A DNA stretch of 62,793 bases, taken from positions 1 through 62,793 of the IMG/VR virus record IMGVR_UViG_3300023096_000006. One strand, given 5' to 3'. Every line of letters begins with the position of its first letter. Position 1 is the first letter of the stretch. A program made the position numbers and the translations under genes. Below are positions 52,733 through 60,400 of the stretch, one piece after another. The notes beneath the pieces were generated by a model, which saw only the letters and a program-made list of their open reading frames with translations, was not told where the DNA came from and made no database searches. This DNA is from a virus (lineage: Duplodnaviria; Caudoviricetes).

Positions 52733-53340
52733 TAAATCCATCCTCCATCTAGGCTTCCATCAGAGCCTAGGTCACCTACATTTCCGCCGTCATACTCAGA
52801 TTGATAACGACTTGGCGGGAATCCCTCGGAGGGGTCTTGCATAAAGTTGCTGTGAAGTCGCTGGTCAATAGGAGAAATAAGGCGAGTGTTACCCGGAATA
52901 CGACCGTCACCCATAGGCATATCCCACTCGAAGGCTTCAATGCCTCCACCCATGGGAATGTTGTCCAGGTCGCAGACACTGAGCTTATTGAGCGCTACGT
53001 CGAACCAGCCAATACCCGTTGGCAGTCCTCCCATGACAGCGCCAGAAACCTTGCTGTAGGAATAGCTACCGATGGTTTCAGAAGAGAACGGGTTGGAAAG
53101 AATCGTCTGGAAAGGTTGCACCAGATAGATAGCATCAGCCATCGACAGAATGGCCATGCGAGCTAGCTCAGCCATCGTAGGGTCATCTGGCCAGCGGTCA
53201 CCTAGACAAGTACCTAGCTTGAAAAGAAGAGTTGCCTGTGCAATAGCACTGGGAGCGTAGGCCGCGTTCACGTACTCCGAAGCAGACCTACCAGAAAAAT
53301 TTGACAGGTCTGTAATCGAGAAAGTAGGGAACGCGGCCAC
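52732..53340 (-). CDS. Head-to-tail adaptor
   Basis: SETIGSYSYS motif. Confidence 0.75.
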   Translation of the reverse strand: MAAFPTFSITDLSNFSGRSASEYVNAAYAPSAIAQATLLFKLGTCLGDRWPDDPTMAELARMAILSMADAIYLVQPFQTILSNPFSSETIGSYSYSKVSGAVMGGLPTGIGWFDVALNKLSVCDLDNIPMGGGIEAFEWDMPMGDGRIPGNTRLISPIDQRLHSNFMQDPSEGFPPSRYQSEYDGGNVGDLGSDGSLDGGWI

Positions 53341-53348
53341 GGCTAACC

Positions 53349-53963
53349 TCAGATTCGAACGGCTGGTGCCTGGAAGGAAACAGTCTTACCCGCAAGCTCG
53401 GGCTCAACATAAGCACGCTTACCCGGCCATGCTCCCTTGCGGAACTTGACGACTCCCCAACGCTCGAACTGCTCTTCGTCCGACAGGTGGAGCCAGGACT
53501 GTCCTGTGCGGTCCCGCGTGTTGGCATACGCTTCAGGTCCGAAGATGACCTCCTGGCCGCGATAGAACACCTGCTGGTTGGACGTGAATCCATCCTCCAG
53601 GAAGTGGACTAGGATTCCACCTTCTACGTTCTCCTCGAACTCCAGTTCACCCTCCTTGCGACCATTGGCCTTAGCAAGCTGGTCCTGGAGGTCGCGAATC
53701 TGCTTCTGCTCGGCAGTTTCCGCAGGAGCGGGACGGTGGTCAATGGTTCTAACAATCTGAGACTGAGCTTCTGCAAGCTGACGGCGTAGTTCCTTCAGTT
53801 CCTCAGATTCTTCTACGACAACAGAGCCATTGTCATGCTCTTCAGTCGTCTGCTCTTCACCCGGCTTGGGCTCATCGACAGCAGGAGCATTAGGAGTGCC
53901 CCCAATGTCAAGAAGCTCATCTAGCGTAGTGGCGGCTGTGTCGCTCTTTCGTGTTGCGGCCAT
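53349..53963 (-). CDS. Hypothetical virion-associated protein
   Basis: After MCP; GAGGAG RBS; late motif upstream. Confidence 0.7.
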   Translation of the reverse strand: MAATRKSDTAATTLDELLDIGGTPNAPAVDEPKPGEEQTTEEHDNGSVVVEESEELKELRRQLAEAQSQIVRTIDHRPAPAETAEQKQIRDLQDQLAKANGRKEGELEFEENVEGGILVHFLEDGFTSNQQVFYRGQEVIFGPEAYANTRDRTGQSWLHLSDEEQFERWGVVKFRKGAWPGKRAYVEPELAGKTVSFQAPAVRI

Positions 53964-54007
53964 GTTATAACTCCTCGTTTTCTAATGGCGTAGCGCGATG
54001 GCGTTAC

Positions 54008-54019
54008 TTCTACTATCGC
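54008..54019 (-). promoter_or_regulatory. Putative late promoter motif
   Basis: GCGATAGTAGAA. Confidence 0.7.
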
Positions 54020-54056
54020 GCTTTGTACACCAGTCTACCGGCTCGATAAACAGGGA

Positions 54057-54083
54057 AAGCCCCCACCCGAAGGTGAGGGCTTC
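54057..54083 (-). terminator. Terminator after the major capsid gene
   Basis: AAGCCCTCACC TTCG GGTGGGGGCTTT hairpin. Confidence 0.75.
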
Positions 54084-54095
54084 CGCTGGTAGAGC

Positions 54096-55133
54096 TTACG
54101 CGACGTTGGCGTAGACAATCTGCTCAGGCTTGTTCAGGACTGGCAGGAAGTGCCACTCTAGAAGGTACTGGCGAGCCGATGGGTCTGGCTCGAAGAAGGT
54201 CTTGGCGAACTTACCCGTGTAACCCTGAGGTGCAGCAAGGTCAGCGGTTGGTCCGACAACCATTTCGAACGGACGGCCATCGGTGAAGTTACCGAAGACA
54301 ATGCGGTTGTCCGCAAGGAACTTCTGCTCAGCGCCTGGGTCCGTTGGGTTTGGCCCGTAGGATGCGCCAGTAGCGTCGAAGACGGAATCCTGGATGTGCC
54401 AGTCAATTCCGAGGAAGTTAGGAAGCGTACCGTTACCGTAGTACTGGTCCTTCATGCGGTCAGACAGAAGGAACGCTGGGGTGCTTCCTGCCAGGGCGAA
54501 GGAGTCGAAGATGCGAGTAATGGTCTGCTCAGAAGCATAAGCCTCACGTGCAGGAACCTGTCCATCGCGGTCAACAAGGCGCTTCCAAGCGCGAACGTCA
54601 GCAATAATCTGCTGAGGCGTAGCGGTGGCCCAAGGGGTACCGGCGCTTGGCTTGTGGGAAGCTGGCAGCTTGTAGTCAACGTAAACGTCGGGGGAGTCAC
54701 CCTCGCCGTCCTTGGCCTTGACGTCGATGACACCGGTGAGCATCTGCCAGATGGCGTACTCAGCGAAGTTGTCGAAACGACGGTTGAGGTCTTCAAGCTC
54801 ACGCTTGACGGCCTTCTCAGCGTTGACCTTAGCAATCTCACCTGGAGTACGTACCCAGTAGAGAGTCGTTGGGCTGAAGACCTTCTTCTCACGCAGGTAG
54901 AGGAAGGCAGCAGTCAGCGTCTCGCGACCAAGCTGAGGCACGATGTGGGCCTCAGAGTTTGGAACGTTTGGTCGCGCGATAGCTCGGCTACCACGGGTTA
55001 CGTCCCACTGTGCTGTTGGGAACGGGTGCGGAGTCTTGTCGATGCGGTTAAGCATCGTTAGAGTCTCCGGTGCCGTGAACTTCTCAACGACACCCAGCAG
55101 CACCGTAGGCTGGAAGAGTGAAATGTCAGGCAC
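54096..55133 (-). CDS. Major capsid protein (lambda gpE-like)
   Basis: 345 aa; E....Q.L.G, VDY.LP..H, W......I.D, LPV...P pattern; follows decoration gene. Confidence 0.85.
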   Translation of the reverse strand: MPDISLFQPTVLLGVVEKFTAPETLTMLNRIDKTPHPFPTAQWDVTRGSRAIARPNVPNSEAHIVPQLGRETLTAAFLYLREKKVFSPTTLYWVRTPGEIAKVNAEKAVKRELEDLNRRFDNFAEYAIWQMLTGVIDVKAKDGEGDSPDVYVDYKLPASHKPSAGTPWATATPQQIIADVRAWKRLVDRDGQVPAREAYASEQTITRIFDSFALAGSTPAFLLSDRMKDQYYGNGTLPNFLGIDWHIQDSVFDATGASYGPNPTDPGAEQKFLADNRIVFGNFTDGRPFEMVVGPTADLAAPQGYTGKFAKTFFEPDPSARQYLLEWHFLPVLNKPEQIVYANVA

Positions 55134-55250
55134 TGGATTCTCCTATGGTAGGTATGCCTCTTACAAGGATTCAGCGACCTAACGGCCCGGTCTGCACCAC
55201 ATCCGAAGATGTCACTTGGTTGACCTGTTTTTGAGTTTTTACCTCTGTGG

Positions 55251-55261
55251 TCTACTATCGC
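55251..55261 (-). promoter_or_regulatory. Putative late promoter motif
   Basis: GCGATAGTAGA upstream of MCP. Confidence 0.7.
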
Positions 55262-55337
55262 TCATAGACCCTCGGGCTACTCAGGGATGGACTCAGAATT
55301 TCTCCTGAGTCGCACCCTCAGCGTCCCGAACTACTGC

Positions 55338-55748
55338 TTAGAACTTGAAAGTTCCGAATACGTCGTTGGCTACAGCGCCCATAGGCGTCAGTAGGTTGGT
55401 AACTCCACCGTTGGCGGAAGAAACCTTAGACAGCTTCAGGATACCGGCGATAACGACGTTGCCCATGTAGGCCTGTCCGTTAACGTCATTTCCTGTTTCG
55501 ACGGACTTACGAAGTACGCCGATTGGAGTACCGGTTCCATCGCCACCACCGTTAGTCCACTTCTCGTACATACGAGTAGAGGTGCGGCGTGCGAGGACGG
55601 TTCCTCCTAGTAGGAGACCCTTACCCGGTGCTAGCTTGACGCCCTTCTGGGTGAAGCCAACGGTCGAGTACAGAATCTCGTCGTTCTGAATGTAGGCACC
55701 ACGACTAAATCCAGCGGCTGGAATGTCGTTACCAATCTGGTCTACCAT
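55338..55748 (-). CDS. Head decoration protein
   Basis: L..G...GTVLA.....Y...DG...P.GVL pattern. Confidence 0.75.
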   Translation of the reverse strand: MVDQIGNDIPAAGFSRGAYIQNDEILYSTVGFTQKGVKLAPGKGLLLGGTVLARRTSTRMYEKWTNGGGDGTGTPIGVLRKSVETGNDVNGQAYMGNVVIAGILKLSKVSSANGGVTNLLTPMGAVANDVFGTFKF

Positions 55749-55793
55749 TGTCTTCTCCTTTTAGGGCTGGTAGTAAAGGGACGTGAATTACGC

Positions 55794-56870
55794 TTATAGA
55801 GCGGAGAGGCGAGCGATTTCCTGGGAAACAGTCTCGTCGTGCGCCTCGTCCTTGATGTCTTCACCAAACTCAGCGGAGAGAGAAACAAATGGCTTCTCAG
55901 GCAGAAGCTCCTCGAACAGTTCAGAGTTCGAAAGCAGAAGCTTTAGCTGGGACTCACGCTTGGCTGGGGAAATGAATCCACCCTTAACCAGGCTGTCGAT
56001 ACGAGCCTCGGCCTTGGCAGTTGCGCTCTCCTGGACAAGTGTGTCTACCTTGGCAGATAGGTCAACTCGGTCCTGTGCTAGCTGAGAAACAGCAGATACG
56101 AGGTCTTCAGCCGTTGGGTTCTCACCCTCGGCAGCAGAAAGTCGCAGGACGCCGGTCTCGTTAAGAGCAGTCTGAAGGTCTGCGGAAAGCTTGGCAAGAG
56201 AACCTGCGCCAGCCGCCGCCTTCTGAAGCTCAGGAATGTTGATACCGTGCTCGTCACGTGCGACGGCAATCAGTTCATCGAGTTCCATTTTGGAACCCTC
56301 CTTTGTGTTATTGGTTGCGGCAGTAAGCAATACGGCCTTAGTTGTACTATCGCTCATACCAGACGCGCTTGCTGCAAGTACTTCTTCAAAGTCATCAAGC
56401 TCAGTCAGGTGAGGTCTATTTGTGATAGCGACGTGAAGAAGCGCAGGACCGGCCTTCTTTCCCGTGCGAGTATCTGTGTAATCCAGGGACAACATGGCAG
56501 AAGCACCAATGAGGGTCTTACCCAGCTTCTCAGCCGCAGCCGCATCGCGTGCATCAATAACGGAGTACAGCTTTCCGTTATCAACTTCCAGTCCGACAAC
56601 CTCACCGATGTTACGGAAAGGGTCTTCGCTGTGAGCGTTGTTGTCTCCCACTACAGGAGTCTGAACGATAGGACAAACCTTGTTGTCGAAGTTCTCGGAA
56701 AGCTTGGCTAGGAATTCATCAGTGATTTCTACCTTGCCGCCCTTGACGCCAGGATAGTGAAGAGTTCCCTTAGACAGAATGTGCTTTCGGAATAGACGAC
56801 CAGACTTGGTGCGGGATAGCGGAATAAAGCTATCGTCCTCACCAGGCACGTAAACAAGTTCGTCGTTCAT
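55794..56870 (-). CDS. Capsid maturation protease / scaffold (Mu gpI-like)
   Basis: H...G.V, S, GP.L.HVA.TNRP motifs; helical C-terminus. Confidence 0.8.
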   Translation of the reverse strand: MNDELVYVPGEDDSFIPLSRTKSGRLFRKHILSKGTLHYPGVKGGKVEITDEFLAKLSENFDNKVCPIVQTPVVGDNNAHSEDPFRNIGEVVGLEVDNGKLYSVIDARDAAAAEKLGKTLIGASAMLSLDYTDTRTGKKAGPALLHVAITNRPHLTELDDFEEVLAASASGMSDSTTKAVLLTAATNNTKEGSKMELDELIAVARDEHGINIPELQKAAAGAGSLAKLSADLQTALNETGVLRLSAAEGENPTAEDLVSAVSQLAQDRVDLSAKVDTLVQESATAKAEARIDSLVKGGFISPAKRESQLKLLLSNSELFEELLPEKPFVSLSAEFGEDIKDEAHDETVSQEIARLSAL

Positions 56871-56873
56871 GTG

Positions 56874-56885
56874 TTCTACTATCGC
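56874..56885 (-). promoter_or_regulatory. Putative late promoter, leaderless geometry
   Basis: GCGATAGTAGAA-CAC-ATG with no RBS. Confidence 0.7.
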
Positions 56886-57170
56886 TCAGTTTTCTTCATA
56901 CTCATCTAGCACGGACTCCAGAACTGCTTCCAGTGACTCTTCGTCACTTTCGAAGTCTGACCAACGTGCCGAGACGCCTGGCGTTCGTCCACTCCAAGTG
57001 TCAAGAACATCCTCCCAGCGAGAGAAGTCCACGTCCTTCAGAACTTTTTCGCCATACGAGCTTGCAATCTTGGCCTGTGGGGCGTAATAATGAGTACCGT
57101 CAGATGCCCAGACACCTACAGGAGCCCCATTCAGCGTGTGATGCACTAGGAACTTAGACACTGAAGCCAT
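56886..57170 (-). CDS. Hypothetical protein
   Basis: 94-aa ORF coupled to the upstream gene. Confidence 0.6.
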   Translation of the reverse strand: MASVSKFLVHHTLNGAPVGVWASDGTHYYAPQAKIASSYGEKVLKDVDFSRWEDVLDTWSGRTPGVSARWSDFESDEESLEAVLESVLDEYEEN

Positions 57171-57468
57171 CCCCTCTCATCTGCGCCTTGTAGGCAGATA
57201 GGTCAGCGGGGGCTAGCTTGCGAAATACCCAGCGTCCTCGGTTTACTGTGTTGACTAGCCAATAGTTGTCCTTTTCCTCAACATCAGTGATGTATAGCTC
57301 ATAGCTCATCGCTGGGTTCGGAAATAGCGTAGTGAAGACAGAGCCGTCTTCACGGTTGTCTGCTACACGTAGGACTGAGCGCGCGTCAATATCAGAGCGC
57401 TCACTGATGGCCTGGAATGCGCCACCAAAGAAGCTCTGGATTCTCTTCTTTAGGTCGTCTGCTTCCAT
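57154..57468 (-). CDS. Hypothetical protein
   Basis: 104-aa ORF overlapping the end of the giant gene. Confidence 0.6.
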   Translation of the reverse strand: MEADDLKKRIQSFFGGAFQAISERSDIDARSVLRVADNREDGSVFTTLFPNPAMSYELYITDVEEKDNYWLVNTVNRGRWVFRKLAPADLSAYKAQMRGDGFSV

Positions 57469-60400
57469 GTCTCTTTCACCTTCTGAATGCTGGCCTGGAG
57501 ATTCATTCTCATGACCAAGCGCTCCTCAATAGGAAGTCCTCGAATTGTTTCCAGTCCAAGGGCCTTCAACTTCTGAATCTGTGCCTCACGCTTAGACTGG
57601 TCGCCTTCCTCGAAGACGATGAACTCAACGCCGTCCAGAACTGTAGCCATGTGAGGTGTCATCAACTCACCGCCTGCACCCATGTGATTGTCAATAAGGT
57701 CCATGAGGTCAGACTGTGTATCACTCTTACGAGAGTCAAGCTTACCGTACTGGTCACCTGTCAGAACGTATGTTCTAGTTCTGAGCATAAGACGTGGGCT
57801 GAGCACGTAGTTGTAGTGCTGCAATCCCGATGCGTCTACCAGACGGGTGTAAATCTGGTGGGACGCACCGTTGTTCTGGTCAGAGATTGGAGAGCTACTT
57901 CCGTATCCTCCACCAGTGAAAATCTTTCCAAGCTGGCGAATACGCTCTTCTCCACCAAGAAGTCCACCGTGCTCAATCTCATCCAGGTTTCCAGCCGTGT
58001 TACCGGAGGAGTGGCCCAGCCAGGCGTTACGCTCCATGAGTTCATCGAACGTCACATCAAAGCGCTCCCAGTAAGGCTTACCGGTCGAGAGGTCAGGGTC
58101 CTGAATGTTCTGGTGGTCAAACTTAGGCAAGTAGCCTTCGGTGTCCACAAGCTTGGTGACCTTCTCAGCGAACTGCGTAGACCACAGGTCACGCCAGTAT
58201 TGAACTTCCTCGTCGGGAGTCATGGAAGCTGACAGGTTCTCCAGGAACTGGTTCTCCTTGCCTCCTACTTCCTTGACCTTCTTCTTCATCTCGGAATAGA
58301 CCTTGAAGAACTTTTCGCTCTTCGCACCTTCGTGGTTACGGTTCTCCAGGATGGAGTACATTTCACGCCAGTAGGTAAGCTCAGCGTCCGTGTGGTCGGC
58401 TGCATGGTTGTCAATGCCCATGACTGACATGAACTCCTGAATGCGCGCCATAGAGGCGGCTACAGCCGTTGGCTCACCCGTGTTAGGGATGTGGAACGAC
58501 AGCTTTCCGTGCTGACCCCTAGACGTGTTTGTGTGGTCAGCGTTGCGCCAGTAAATCTTCTCTCCTGTAGGAAGAGTCGCCTGGAACTCCTGACCTTCCG
58601 CACCGGAGGAAACAGAGGCGTAGTTCACTACCTTGACGTTTGTCTTGGGGTCGTGGGTTCCGTGCTTCTCGTGCGTGTAGCTGTTCTTGGTAAAGACAGC
58701 GCCCAGCGGTGTACCATCCTCTTCAGGCGTGTCGATACCCAGACTGCTCGTGTATCCCTCAGACTTCAGCGCAGAAATCTCGTCGCCCGAAAGCTCCTGA
58801 AGTGAGACTCCGCTTTCGTTAGAGACAAGCCACTTACCTTGCGCCATTGATACCAGCTTGGTAGTACCGTCGCTACTCGTCAGAATCTCTGTCTGCGCCG
58901 CTGGAGCGATAGTCGTGTAAGCGTTGACGACAGGAGCCTTCTCCTGCTTGTCATACGCGTTCTTGACAAGCGTGTACTTCTCGCTGTAGTACTCCAGCAT
59001 GAGCTTGTACTGGGGCAAGTGCTCCATAGGTACGGTACGTCCGGTCTTGAACTTGTAGGCGTCCAGACCATTAGCAGACGAATTGGACTGAAGGGTTGAG
59101 GACCACTCCGCAAGCTCATTAGTAATGAACTCCATATTGGCATCGAATTCGCCAATGGTGCTCGCGTTGTAAGCCTTGTCGTCAAAGTGCTGGTTGACGG
59201 TCTTGGCAGCGGAGATAAGAGAGTTCTGGTATGTATCGTAGTTGGCGAAAGAAGTAGAAACCACCTGAGGCGCAGACTCTCCCGCGTACTTTGTGAAGAA
59301 CGCCAGAGCTTCTTCCTGAGCCTTAGGCGCAAGATAAGCCTCTCCCATTACCTGCTGAGAACCGGTTTCGTCCTGCTCATTCCAAACCAGAACCGTTCCA
59401 CCGATAACCTGTGAACCACCAATCATGGCGGTCTTACCAGATGCCTTGGACTGGAATACCTGCTCGTGAAGCTCAGGGCTGTCCATACCGGAGATAATGC
59501 CCTCAGCCAAGGCAGGAACAACTACCTCAGGTGGCTCTCCGTAGCCTGCCTTCTTGTAAAGCACGGCCCACTCGGACTCAACCTTTTCAACCAGCTTGCT
59601 CTTCTGGTCGGCAAAAGCGGCCTTCAATCCCTCGACATCCTGGGAAACGGTCTTCCCGTCAATCTGGTAGCCGATGGTCCAAGAAGGACGGTTAGCCGAA
59701 CCTTCCTCAATGAGCTTGAAGAACTTCTCGTTATCGGCCTTCTGCATCCGGCGAGCCGTCTTCAGGAGCTTGTTGTAGGCGGCATCCATCGTCTCCTTAG
59801 AAACGTCGCCATGGCTAATTGCGTCATACAGACGCGTGTAGATAGAGAGGTTTCCATCGGGAGCGTCGTGGTTCCAGTCCACAACACCGTAGTCCTTGAA
59901 AGAGCGGGCCTTGTCGATACCTACAACGTTTCCAAAAGAGGTCACAATGGCGTTATCAGCCTTCGTGTCATCATTCTGGAGAAGCCAATCCAGCATGTGC
60001 TCACCCTCGATGTCAGCAAGCATCGTTGGAGAGATTGTGGAGTAGTCGAACCCCGTAAGGTCGCCAATGCCGTCCACCTTGGACTGCAACTGCATGTAGT
60101 GACCGTCCTGGTTGACAAGCTTGCTGTTGGCCGTCTTAAAGCCAAAGGCACGACCAATCAGGTTACCGGCGTGCTCAATCTCCAGACGGTAGTTAGAAAG
60201 CTGGTCTTCGTAGTCCCACCACTTGGCGTAGAACTTGTTTCCGAACTGGTCGGTGTAGTACGCGCCAGGATGTGAACCCTTAGTCTGTCCAGCTTCCTTG
60301 GTGTAAACCGGAATCAGCTTCTCAGCCTCATAGGCTTCGTGCTTTACCTGGAAGTACTGCTTCACAACAGCCAGAGCAGTAGCCTTCTTGTAAGACTCTC

